Part shown: one piece after another, positions 27,397 through 39,600 of the stretch
Layout of the letters: each line of letters starts with the position of its first letter
Numbering within the stretch: position 1 is the stretch's first letter
Assembly (NCBI GenBank): GCA_965178125.1
Contig: OZ237752.1
Coordinates: forward strand, 930,001 to 994,000
DNA from: Bilabrum cf. latius
Lineage: Eukaryota
DNA: 64,000 bases
Direction of reading: 5' to 3'
Position numbers and translations under genes: made by a program
The notes under the pieces: generated by a model
Told to the model about the DNA's origin: nothing
What the model saw: the letters and a program-made list of their open reading frames with translations, nothing else
Databases searched by the model: none

Positions 27397-28755
27397 ATGA
27401 TGTTCGTGGTACAGTACTTTCTGATGCTGCGGCACGGCCGCACGCAGAGCGGCACTATGCGGATCCGACCATCCGACGGCGAGAAGACGCTTCGCCTGTC
27501 TCACCTCAAGGCATACTTGCCGATCAAGGGGCCCAGCGAAGCTGGTTTCTTCTTTAGAGCCAAGAAAAATCTCGCGGACGGAGGATTCGTTTGGCTAGAC
27601 CTGCGCCACCCGAGCGATGCCGTTCCATTGGTTGGCGACAAGAAGCAAGCTGCGGTCATCAAGGTCACGCCGCTCTTCGAAACGCCGGTAGATCCGACTA
27701 GGGCGCCGTCACTGTATCCGTTCACTCCCGAGGAATCAGAGTCAGAGAGAGCAAGGATTCGAGACCAGCGCGGACTGCCTCCGCTTTCCGTTGCAGATGC
27801 GAGGGCCGTACATGCCTCGTCCGAGGCCGAGGGCCTGCGGCCAGAGGAGGCCGAAGACGAGGAAGAGCTCCAGGATAGCGATGCAGTGGCCGCAATGAAA
27901 GCAGGGGCTAGCGCTGCGTCGTCAAAGGGCGGGGCCTCGTCGGGAGCGGGCGGCTCTGCGGGCGAGGCGGCGAGCTCCGGCGCCGGCGCGGGCGTGGGCG
28001 ACCAGCTCCGCAGCGGACTGAGCATCGTGAGCAAGCAGAGCCGCAAGCTGGGCACCTCCCTCATGGGTTTCTTCTCCCGCGCGGCCACTGCCGCTCAGGA
28101 CGCCCTGGAGGGAGGCTCGCTGCCCAGCGACATGGCGCAGGTGAACCTCCAGGTGGTGGGGGAGGATGCAGCGACAAAGTTCCGGCCGAACCATGGGCCG
28201 CACGAGTCTCTCCTGGAGAGGGTTTGGGACGGGCTGTACCCCGACAAGGCGGGGAGCTGTGTGCGGGTGGGGCCGCAGTGGGTGCGGGCGGGCTTCGGCA
28301 GCGAGAACCCTGGGGATGACGTGGACTCTGTGCTGACTCTAAAGTGCCTCGTCTACCTTGTGGAGAGGCACGGGGACGTGGCGAGAGGGTTCGTGAACCT
28401 TCACCGGGGCAAGGAGGACGACGGGAGCAAGCGCCTCCTGCTCGGTCCCACGGCGGGGCTGCTCGCCAGGGAGCTCACGCAGGCCCTGTCGCTTCCCTGC
28501 CCCGCGGAGGAACTGGCGGGCAGGCGCGCCGGGTACTATGGCCTGTTCGAGGAGGAGGACGGCTTTTTCGAGCTGCATTTCTTGCTCCTGACTGCCTTGC
28601 ACCGGATCTGGGTGCGAAGGAAAGCGAGCCAGTCGTAGCTGCAGGCAGTCTCCAGGGAGGCGCTGGCACGCGCCGCCGTTTGGCTGGATGAGGGTCCGAA
28701 GGGGGTGGAGCACCTGAGGGCAGTTGTGAGCCAGCTAGAGAGAGTGACGCTGTGA
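27397..28755 (+). CDS. DIX-like domain plus ELMO/CED-12 domain protein
   Basis: N-terminal FFFRAK...FVWLDL...VP...VIKV (DIX-like). C-terminal HESLLERVW...QWVRAGF..ENP..D...LKCLVYL (ELMO-like). Reads through TAG 28636 to TGA 28753. Confidence 0.7.
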
Positions 28756-28909
28756 CGCAGTGACTGCTTGCGGGGCGTCTGGACGCAGCTCAGACCCTTT
28801 CTTGTGACATGTGAAGCAATAAATGTTGGTATTATTTCGAGTGCGTCTCATGGTAATCAAGAAATCGGCGAGTGGCACGAGTGCCGCATATTTTGGAAAT
28901 ATCTGTCTG

Positions 28910-28956
28910 TGTCATCAAGCCGGCAAGCCCTCCTACTCGTCCAACTTCGTACCGCC
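28910..28956. repeat. 47-bp direct repeat, copy A (copy B at 31319-31365)
   Basis: tgtcatcaagccggcaagccctcctactcgtccaacttcgtaccgcc versus tgtcgtcaggccggaaagccctcctgctcgtccaacttcgcaccgcc; 42 of 47 positions identical. Confidence 0.85.
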
Positions 28957-29097
28957 TGGGCCCCGCGGCGACTTTGCGGTTGCAACCTATTTTGAGGTTA
29001 GAACCGGTCGAAGCCCAAGGTGAGCAGCCTGGGCCACCAAGATCGGCTACCTCCTTTGGCACACTTTGACTCGAACACCTGAAGAAATCGTATCAAG

Positions 29098-30696
29098 ATG
29101 GCTAGCGTTGCTGTAGCAAAGGTATCATCTACCAAACTATCGGATCATGAAGGCGAACAAAGCTCTGCTGAGAGCAGGCCAGCGGTGAGGGTGTTTTGCA
29201 GACCACGAGTGTTCCGAGGGCTCGATTTCTCCGTGTTCAGCCGGTAAGTTGGAACAAATCTGCGACGAAACGTTCAATATGATTTCCTTCCATCCGCAGG
29301 GACCTCGCTCGGTATGGGAAGAGCTACCTCCTGGCAGCTGGTGAGTCTTTTGTTGTGACACGTAGAAGCAGCACTCATGCTCCTTATCAGTTGAGTCCAG
29401 AACCGGGCGTTTTAGCGCAGAGTTCGCGGTGCGATTCGCCATCGAACGTCGGACACAACATCTAACTCCCCCCATCAAGCCGTATGTTATCGCTTGAATG
29501 CAGTTCCGAGGGTTGCGATCGAGCAATTCCAACCGTGCGACTGCGAAGCTCAACCCTCCACCTTTCCCCGCTGTTCCTGCCCGGTTCACTTCTCTCGCAG
29601 GGTGGCCTCCATGTACCAAGGCCGCGCAAAGTGCATGGAAGAACTATTTGATCACTAGATGACAGTGCTTGAGGAGCAGCTGGCCGAGCTGAGCACCCCC
29701 GACGCCAAGGCGACGTATGTCGAAGTCGGAAGCGGCACGAACGAGGCAGGAGCGCGGCTCCTCGGGAAGAGCAAGACGTTGGGCCACTACGTTGGCCTTG
29801 ATTTGGCTCGTGCATTTCTCGAGTGGTCCCAGCGAACGTATCCGCAGCTGAACGGGCCTTCCAGCACGCTCATCCACGGGAACGCCGTGCACCTGGCAGA
29901 GTCCATGGCCGGCCTCGTCCCCGACTCGATGTGGAGCAAGCCCCGCCTCATGGGCCTGGTCATGAACACGATTGGCGTGCTGCCGGACTGCATCCGCCAG
30001 GACGTCGTGCGTGAGTGCGTGCTGTGCGCCGGGACGGGCGGGACGGTCCTCGTCGGATGCTGGTGGAGCGGGGCCTTCAAGCGCGGGGTCGAGGAGTTCT
30101 ACAAGCTCAACCCGGAACTGTGCGGCGACATCACGGACGACATGGTGGACCTTGAGAAGGCCACCCTGCTGAACCCCAAGACGGGGTACAGCTCCCAGTG
30201 GTGGGCCGAGGCCCGGGTGCGGAACCTGTTCGAGGGCGTGGTGCCCGACGCCGACATCGAGATCAGCACAGCGGGCGTAGGCATCTTCGCCAGGGTGAAA
30301 GTGACGGAGCTGCACGTGGCCGCCGCGGCGTCCCTGCGCCCCGACGGGGCCAAGGCACTGTCCAAGTACCCTGGGTACGCCAAGGGCACCTAGGGGGCGA
30401 CGGAGCTGGTGGCGGACGTTGTGGCGGCCGACGCTGGGTCGGGGGCGGGTGCCGGTGCCAAGGCACCTGCTGCAGGCTCCGAGGAGCCAGACACGGAGGA
30501 GGAGGACGAGGCGACGGATGCCGGCTCCAAGGGCACGGGCAAGGGAGTGGAGAAGAACCGAGGGGCCGAGATCGTGCCGCCCATCGGCGGTGCCTCGTCC
30601 AAGGACAAGTTGAAGGGGAAGGCCGGCGCGTGGGGCTAGGGCGTGGAGGAGGAGGGAGGGGAGGGCGTGCTGTCAACCGCGGATGGGATGCAGTGA
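29098..30696 (+). CDS. Class I SAM-dependent methyltransferase-like protein
   Basis: Exons 29098-29184, 29300-29340 and 29601-30696. YVEVGSGT motif I, YVGLDL, IHGNA, MNTIG. TAGs at 29656, 30391 and 30637. Ends TGA TGA. Confidence 0.8.
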
Positions 30697-31323
30697 TGAG
30701 GGCAGGGTAGAGCAGCTGCTTGTTGAGGGCGCTCGTGTGCGCTGCCAGCTGCAGGGACACTACTACTAGTACTAGGCCTAGTAGGCCTAGTTCCAGTAGA
30801 CTTTTTAGTCCCAAGTCAGTGGCAGAAATGCTCCCCCGTGCGCGCCGTTCGTTCGATGTCGCGCGCGCGCCTCAGACCCACGGGTCTCGCCCATTGCTTG
30901 TCTTTCCTTCTTCATCCTCCCATCCTCTGATTCTTCACCTTTCGGACCACAGTCGGCTGCCAGCCGGTGCTGCCCGGAGCCACTCGTGACGCCCAAGCCG
31001 CGGCCAGTACTATGCCCGGCCTCTCCCATTTTCTATCCCTCCTACAACCTATCACAATGCATCCCTCGCCTTAGCTGGGGCCGAGCAGCAGGCGTCAAGG
31101 CCGGGTCATGGCGAGATCCTCCACAAACCAGGCATCCCCTATGGTAACCGACGACCTGGTTGTCGCTGCCGACGCGAGGCTTTCATTTCCCTAGTGACTC
31201 GATTGATCTATTATCTGTAGATTGTACATATATCGACTTCCAACGCATCAGCTCGCACAACGATCTGAGATCTGTGGTTCATGTCTGCCGACCGTCTGCT
31301 CTCAAGTATCCGCCGGCGTGTCG

Positions 31324-34300
31324 TCAGGCCGGAAAGCCCTCCTGCTCGTCCAACTTCGCACCGCCCGTTGCATCTTTGCTGCGACCCTGTGAAGCCCCAG
31401 CATCCAGCCCGGGCCCCTCATCTTCTGGGCCCTCCCCTTCGCCGGCGGCGGCGCCGCCCCCCTTCCGGTTGCCCTTCACCTAGGGCACGGGCGGCTCCCC
31501 GTCCTTGTCATTGGCCAGCACCAGGGGCTTGGCCTCCTCCGAGGTGATGAAGGGTCGGTACACGTTCGCCTCCAGCACCTTGAACACCTCTAGCAGCACC
31601 TCGTCGAACAGCACGCTCAGCCGATGCAGCCTCGCCAGCGTGCTTCCAGAGACGCGCATCCACCTAGACCACTGCCGGGGCGCGGCCGGGTCCCTCAGCA
31701 AGGCAGCCGCCTCGTGCGCGCCCTCCTTCCTGAGGCGCCTTGCCCTCCGCGCCCTCCGCTGGGCCTCTTTGGCCACTTGTTCCCTGCTCACCAGCCCGAA
31801 GTATTTCTCAAGCAGCTGCTCCACGGCTCCCCGCTGCTTGCTGCTCACGTTCACCTCCAAGGGAGAGCCTGTGGCGAGGTACCACCCCAGCGCGTGCGCG
31901 GCGAGGAAACGGGCGTCCAGCAGATCCACGAAACACTCCCTCGACTGCTGCTGCTGCTGCTGCTGCCCCCGGCCTTGGCCTTGGCCTTGGGCCAGCTGCA
32001 GCGACAGCCCGGGCAGGCGTGCATCCGGTGCTCCCGCGCCGCCGTTGCCGGCAGGCTGCGTCGCACCTTCTTGCCCTTGCCCTTGTCCTTGCTCCTATCT
32101 GCTGCTGCTCTCTCTCGCCGCCAGCTCCAGCCCGTGCTTTGGGTAGCTGGGTGGGGATGCAGGGGGCGACAGGGACCTGCGGGGCTGCTCCTCCTCGCCC
32201 CGGCGACTATCTTTAGCTACGGGTCTCTGCCCGGTTCCAGTAGCTGCCTTCCCGAGATCCTTCTCCCCTCTCTCGTCACCTAACTGCTGCTGCTGGTCCT
32301 AGTGCCTCTGCGCCCGAGGAGCGGCCCAGGATGGATCGCGTGATGGCTGGTGCACTGCACGGTGGTGCACGCGCACGTCCACCCCACCCGCAGACTCTGC
32401 AGACGCGCGGTCGGTGCTCACCGCGGGGACCCCGCCGCTGCCACCGCCGCTGCCACCCCTGCTCCTCCCGTTGTCTTCGCCCTCGGACTTGTGCTCTAGC
32501 TCCTGCTGGCCCTCGCAAGCTTGCGCGGCTCTGCTCACACCCCTCGCCGTGCCATCGACAGACTCGTTGTCCGGCAGCTCCGGCACGTCGCTGGCCCTCT
32601 TCCTCCCCGGCAAGCCTGCCGCCTTGTTCCCTGGGTCTGGGTCCGGGCCGCCGGTAGCACCGTCGGCATGGGGCGCGTGCATGCCATCCTGCGGATGACG
32701 GGTAACAATTCCATCGGTGGACCGTGGCTAAAGCGGCACGCCCGGACCGGATGGCAGCCCCGCCGCGACCAGCTCCGCGGGACTGCCCCTGCCGCTGCTG
32801 GACAGATCCCCACCGCTGCCGCCGTGCGGCCGACGCAACTCCATGTCGTCGCCAGTGTCCAGCCCGATGCTGTGCTGCCCCCCTGGCAGCCGCTCCACGA
32901 CGATGGACCCGATGGACCCCCTCTTTGCCCTCGAGAGAGTCCCATCCGTGGCGCTCCCGTCCCCCACGCTGCTGCCCCCGTCCCCCCTCGGCCCAAGCAC
33001 GTCTTCGACCGTGGTGCCGCCGCCAGCAGCCAGCGCCTCCTCGATCGCAGCAGCCGCGGCAACCGCCGCAGATACTCCGCTCTCCATCAAACTGCCCCTA
33101 GCCCCCGCCCCCGCCCCCGCCCGCGAGCCGACACCACTGCCTGCCACCCGCAAGGGTACACGCGCCGTCTGCGGTCCATCCATGGCCGCACCCAGCCCCA
33201 GCCCCAGCCCCTGTCCCTGTCCATGTCCCTGTCCCTCCGCCAGCCCAGGTCTCATGCCGGACCGCTCCAGAGCCTTCCCCTGGCTCCTGCTCCTGCTCCT
33301 GCTGCTGGCCTCGGGTCTGCCTCTCGCGTTTAGCCTACTCGTGCGCGTCCCAGCATACCTGTCCGGGGAGGCCTCTCCCGCTCTCCCATTCGATCCATGC
33401 TACTGCTGCTAGCTGGGTACCTTGAGCGAGTTGAAGCTCGAGGCACGCACCACCTCCACCGCTTCGCTGGGCTGTGACTCGGTTTCCGATCCGATCTATG
33501 ATGCCCCGCGGTGCGCGTGCACGACTACCTCCACGGCATCTTGCCCCTGCCCCTGCCCCTGCCCATCGCTGCGGGCCAACGCTTGCTAGTCTGCAGCGAC
33601 GCCGGGCGGTTGGACGTACGAGTGCCGTTTCCAGGCCGACTGCCCCGGGCCTGGCGTGTCGCTGCTCTGCTTGCTGCTGCTGCTGCCGCTGCCGCTGCCG
33701 CTCTGCGAGCTCGAGATGGAGTTCATGCTGAGCCCCCTCTTGTTCCCCCACTTACCCTTGCCCCCCGACACCGACATGACCTTCTTGAGGGCGTTGGCTC
33801 TGGCCTTCTGCCGCGCGGCCTGCAGCCCATTGCTGGGAGTGTCGCCGCTGCTTGCTTCCTTACCGTTCGTTTCCTGCCGACCGATTTGGGACGGGCTGCC
33901 GTCGGTCCGCCCGAAGGCAGACGCTTTTTGCAGCTGCTCCCGCTTCGAGGCCTCCCTCGCCAGCCTCTCCCTGACCCTCTGCGAGGACACCTGCATCATC
34001 TGTTCCCTGCGGAAATGGGAGGCCACCATGCGCATCAGGCGGGCAAGCACCCGCTTGTACATGCGCACCACCAGGTAAAAGTCCAGCAGCTCGGGGCACA
34101 GCTGCCGACGGGCGTACGACCGCAGCAGGCCCACGCCGGCCGGCTCCTGCAGCATGAACTTGAGGGTCGCCACTTTGGCCACCTGACGGTGGTCGGCTGC
34201 CTCCACGCGGGCGCTCTGCCTGCTGTTCTCCGGCTCTGGCATGGACACGGTGGAGGCCAGCCGGGTAAGGTCCGGGTCCGCCTGCGCCACGGCGTACCTC

Positions 34301-36383
34301 TTCCACCTCTTGGAGATGGCAAACCTTCGGGCGCGAGGGCCCGGGCAGTCCTTCTCTTGTTCCCCCGTGCCTCTGGATCCCGGAAACTGCACGCTACCCC
34401 CCGCTTTCTGCCCACCCTCCTCGTTACCACCACCGGCCTCTCTCCCCTCTTGTTCCCCCAGCGAGTTCATACCCCCGTCCTCCTCGTCGCGCTCCCCGAA
34501 CACGTCCGAGATGGCGGGCAGCACCCCCGAGGCCGGGTGCAGCGCGCTCTCGGCCTAGCCCCTGAGCTCCAGAAGGGTGGACACCCCGAGCACCTCAAGG
34601 GAGGGCAGCAGCTCTATGGCCCTGGTCCAGGGCAGCACCGCCCGGAACTGGGTCTCCCTACCCCCCCGCAGGAGCGTGGCGAGGTCGCGCCCCCTGAGCT
34701 CAACGGCTCTTTTCTCCTTGTCGGCGTCGCTGCCCCCGCTCGATGCACCCCGCGAGGAGGAGTCGGGGGAGGACAGCTCGCGCCTAGTCCTGCTGCTGCT
34801 GCCGTCCCCCCGCCTCGAGGATATGGGTACGCTGCTGGCATGCAGGTCATCCCCCGGGCCACCCAGCCTCCTCCCCCCATCCCTGTACTCGTCCTCGTCC
34901 TCGTCCTCGCCCATGGAATCCCTGCCCACCCCCCCTGTCCCCTCATTTTTCTCCGTGGGACCCCCCACCCAGTCCGGGACAGACGGCCGCCTGCTCCCGC
35001 TCCCCTGGCTGGACCCAGCCTCCACCTCGAACATGAGCGTGTTGCCGCTCCCGGACCGCCACGCTGCTCCTCCGTCGCCGCTTGCATGCTCTAAGCAGTC
35101 CCACATTATCTCCCAGGCCGGCTCCAGGGCGAACGGGAAGAGCACGCTGGCGGAGAGCGTCCAGAGGTACATGACCGCGAGGAGGGCGTGCGGGGGGAAC
35201 ACATTGCGAGCCGAGTCTGCGTCCTCCTCGTCCCCGTACAGCTCGAACAGGAGGTATCCGAAGTAGGACCCCGCGAAGAGCCCCCAGCCCGCCATGCAGG
35301 TGTACAGCTCCCGCTTGATGTTGTAGTTGTCGCTCACCTGGTAGGTGCTGATGAGCCACAGCGCCGCGCCCGCTGCCACCACGTACACTATCAGCAAAAT
35401 CATGAAGAGGAACCACTGCTCGTACATGAAGCACTGCTGGCCCGGGGCCAGCTCGGGCGCGAAGGCTCCGTAGAGTCCAGCCACGAACACGTGGAGGAAG
35501 GTCAGGGAGATCAGCACCGCGGCTTGGAACCTGCGGGGGGGGGGGGGGGGGTAGTGGGATGAATGGATTCGTAATGATCTAAGAAGCGAGGACAGTGTGC
35601 GTAGTGGCGACGCAAGAGCATGCCATTCAGCAGCCGAAGCATTCAATGGCATGGGTATCAAACACCACACATGAGAGGCACGAGCGAGCGACCGAGCAAC
35701 GACACACAGTCTCACCACGTGGTCTGCAGAAAGCCGTACCTCAGCCGTAGCTGCGGCTCGAAGAGAACAGCCAGGCGAAGCGCCCTTAAAATGTACGGCG
35801 CCGCGTACAGGGGCGGGGTCAGGTGGCTCGCCCAGTATACCCCGAAGCAGGTCCACGGCTCGAGCCCGCCGGTCGCCCACGACTGGAACGGGACGCTCGC
35901 CCCGCCGATGCGCAGCCGGACCACCTCGTGGGCCAGGATGACAACCAGAATACCCGCGTTAAGGATGGAGCTGAGGAAAATCAGGCTCGATTGGCGGTAC
36001 CCGCAGCAGCCTTGCAGCTCGTTGGCAAGCGGGGCGCAACAGTTTCCACAGCATCCGGTTGACTCGAAATCCTCCGATGCACCGCTCGCGATGCTCGACA
36101 TATCGTCGCCAGTAATATCACGAGGAGATATCAACGGCGAGCCCGGAACTGGTTCGCTCCCAGCTGCGCTTGTGGAATCGGCCACGGCACTGCGCGTTGT
36201 TGCACTCGATGACGTAGTGTTTCCGTTTTCGTCCTTTGCAGATGCGCGCCGCGACGCGCGTGTATAGCCCGTACACAAAGATACTATCGCTGTGAATAGC
36301 CAACTTGCTAATGTCAGAATAAACGCGATAGATGTTACCCAGACTAGCACGATGACGATGAGCCTCCCAGAATTGGATGCCAT
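31324..36383 (-). CDS. Seven-transmembrane RGS protein (7TM-RGS) with split RGS domain
   Basis: Seven hydrophobic segments with LRALRL and SDNYNIKREL motifs. RGS N-half MLQEPAGVGLLRSYARRQLCPELLDFYLVV and C-half YLATGSPLEVNVSSKQR...LFDEVLLEVFKVLEANVYRPFITS. Intron 35531-35715, 9 in-frame TAGs, TGA at 31324. Confidence 0.85.
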
Positions 36384-36661
36384 GGCCACTACTCGAGGCA
36401 AAAACAAGCGGAACACGAATTGATCAGAGAATCATCGCAAATTGGAAACGTACATGCACAGCAACTAAAGCCGCCCGCTGCTGCCTGGCAAAAGTGGAAA
36501 AGGGTCCAATCTCTGTTGCGTTGAGGTTCCGCAACCGGCAGCAGCGTGATACGCGCGGCGCCCTACAAAGCTGTATTGTAACGAGCACACACTTTTACAC
36601 AATTTGAGAAGCCAGCGGCTGGCTGGGGCAATCCAACAAGTCCAGTAGCGCTGCAAGGACC

Positions 36662-39600
36662 ATGATCCGGAGACTTGTGCTCTGGTTTGCTTTTATATCG
36701 TTAGTTTCCTTTGCGTTGTCCCATCGGGATGGTGCTCATGCGTCTGTGAACGTGGGATAGGCCCTCGAGAAGCCAAGCCTTGGCTCCAGCTCGGCTGCAG
36801 GAAACGAGGTCGGGTCTGAGATCGGAAACGGACCGAAACGTAGTAAAACCAGCAAAGATGCGCAGTCCGACCCGGTGCAAGATGCCGAATCGCTCGCGGT
36901 GACCGCAGGGTCCGGTGCCAAAGCACCGGGGGCAGCGGCCAGCAGCCTAGCGGCCTCACAGCCGAATGCAATAGAAACCGCAGAAGATAAATAGGCGTTG
37001 GTCGATTCAGTTGCGTCTCCAGAAGAAGCAGCAGACACAGTTACCAGCGAAGGTGCCAAGATAGAAACGGAGGCACTCGCCAAGATCAATGCCGCCCTGG
37101 AGGCCGAGCTCAAAGCCGTTGTGGCCGCCGATGCGGCAGCGGCCGCCGCCGCCGACTCCCACGGGTCGCACGGGTCCGAGGTGGACGACCTGCGAGAGAA
37201 GCTCCGCTCGGCTCTCGGGCGGGCTGCCTCCTCGTCCACTGCGGCCCGCAAGGCCGCGTCCGAGCAGTCGGCGGCGAGCACAGGCGCACCCCTGCCGGGC
37301 TCGGGTGCCTTTTAGGCGGTGGACTCCCACCTGGACGCCACTGTGGACGCATCCACAGAGGCGTTCGACCTGCAGCAGAAGCTCCGCGCCCTGGAGGGCG
37401 AGGCGGAGGGCAGGCAGGCGGCTTCCACCGAGGCCGTGGGGGCGAGCCAGGCGCAGCGCGCGCACGCCCTCGAGGTGATCGGGGAGCTCACGGCGCAGGC
37501 CAAGGCGCAGCACGCGACTGCGGACAAGGCCGCGTGCAAGGCCGAGGACCAGCAGGCCGAGCTGGGCAGGGAGGCAGAGCAGGCCGCCGGCCGGGCCGCC
37601 GCCATGCAATCGCAGTCCGAGTCCGAGTCGCAGCTGCAGCAAGGAGAACAAGCAAAGGACCCCGAGTCCGCGGCAGACGCCCACTCCAAAGCCATCCAGC
37701 ACGCGGAAAAGGCAGCCAAGGCAGCCAAGCATGCCGCCAGCCTCGCCTCGGCCGAGCGGGCGCACGCCGCCATGTGGGCGGACCTCAAGGCGAGGCTCGC
37801 GCAAGCCAGGGAACAAATCGCCGCGCGGCTGTCGGCCCCCGCGGCCCTGGGGAAGCACGAGATCGAGGGGATGCTCCTGAAGTCCGCTGGGGCGGGGGAG
37901 GGAGGGGACGCCGAGGCGGAGGCGGAGGCGCAGACCGCGGCGGCCAAGGGCAGGGCCGCCATCCAGGCTGCGGCGGGGCTCCTGGCACACCCGGAGAAGA
38001 GCCAGCTGGGCAGACTCCGAGCGCAATCGGCGGCTTCGAGCGGCGAGGCGGGGGCGGCGGCACAGGCGGAGGCTGGCGCGGCGGGTGCGGCGCTGGAGGG
38101 GCAGGAGGCGGCCGCTCGGGAGGCGGAGGCCAGGGAACAAGCCAAGCGGGACCTCGAGGGGGCTGGGGATGGCGAAGAAGAAGAGAAGGAGGAGGAAGTG
38201 GAGGGGTCAGGGAACAATGGAGACGCTGACGGTGTGCTGGACGGAGATCTGGCCGTGGGCTGTGAGGGGGAGGGGGATGGGGATGGGGGTGGGTCCTCTG
38301 TGTGCGACCAGGCCAGGGCAGCAAAAGAGGCGGCCATGGGCGTGTCCACCTCGGGGGAGGGCGAGGACGGGGAAGGAGAAGGAGCGGGGGAGTCCCTGTT
38401 CGGTGCGAACGGCGAGCAAGCGCTGGCGGGTGTGGACGCCGCGGCCGACGCGGCTCTAGCCAAGGTGGAGGGCGCCGTGCAGGAGCTGGGCCAGGACGAG
38501 CTGGAGAACAACGACCGCAAGGAGGGAAACAACGCCACGGGGCACACGCACACGGTGGAGACCACGCTGACCGTGCGTCGGTCGGGAGGGCACGGCGAGC
38601 CTGTGCAGGTGCAGACCCACTCGAGCAAGATGCAGGTCACTTCCGCTTCCATCCCGGACGGGCCAGGTGCCCCCCTCGGTGACGGGCCGGGTGCCCCTCT
38701 CGGTGACGGGGGCCCGCAGCAGCCCGTGGCACTTGCAGCCGCTGAGCTGCGGGCCGAGCTGGACCGCAAGGCCCTGGAGGATGGCGCAGGAGCTTCCAGC
38801 GACAAGGGCAAAGACAAGGGCAAGGAGAAAAGGAGGCAGGAACGCGAGGCGGGCCGCAAGTCGGGCGGGTCGCAGCAACCGCTGGGGCCAGGCAGTGGAA
38901 GTGGAAGCGGAAGCGGAAGCGGTGCTCCCCTGACGCAGGAGGAGAAGGAGCAGGCCGCTCGAGAGGCCAAGGAGAGGAAGGAGGAGGAAGAGGAGGAGAA
39001 GCGCGTCGTGGAAAAGGCCGCCAAAGAGGCCGAAGAAGAGGAGAAGGAAGCGGAGAAGCAGGCCGAGTAGGAAGTCGCGAAAGAAGAAGAACAGGAGGAG
39101 GAGAAGGATACGAAGAAGGGGGGCTCCGCCGCGCTGCTGGCACAGCTGTCGTCCTCGTCAGCTTCCTCGTCGTCCCGGGTGTCCAGGGAACAAGCAGGGG
39201 CTATCCTGGGGGCCGCCACTCGCATGACCACAGCCAAGGCTCCACCGACCAGTGAGGAGAGCCAGGGCGGGCATGGAGGTGGGGCCGAAGACGCGCACGA
39301 GGTGGGCACTGGCACTGGCAAGGCCGCCATGAGCGGGGAGGCTGGTTCGGGCTCGGGCTCGGGCTCGGGCGGGGTGGAGGGCATGCTGGCTCGCCTCTCT
39401 CACACGATCGGGGCTGCGTTTGAGAAGGGCTTCGGCATGCTGTCCAAGAAGAAGGGCGGGGCAGAGGAGATTGGCTCCGGCTCTGGCCCTGGGGCTGATG
39501 CAGAGTCCGGCTCCGAGTCCGGCTCTGGCCGCGTGGAGACGGGTTCTTCGCCCGAGGCGCGGCAGGCCAACCTCGGGGGCGTGGACCACGTCGCTGCGAT

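Noticed and set aside
35535-35552. Poly-G run as a functional element
   Set aside because: It is the poly-C pyrimidine tract before the 3' splice site of the minus-strand RGS intron.
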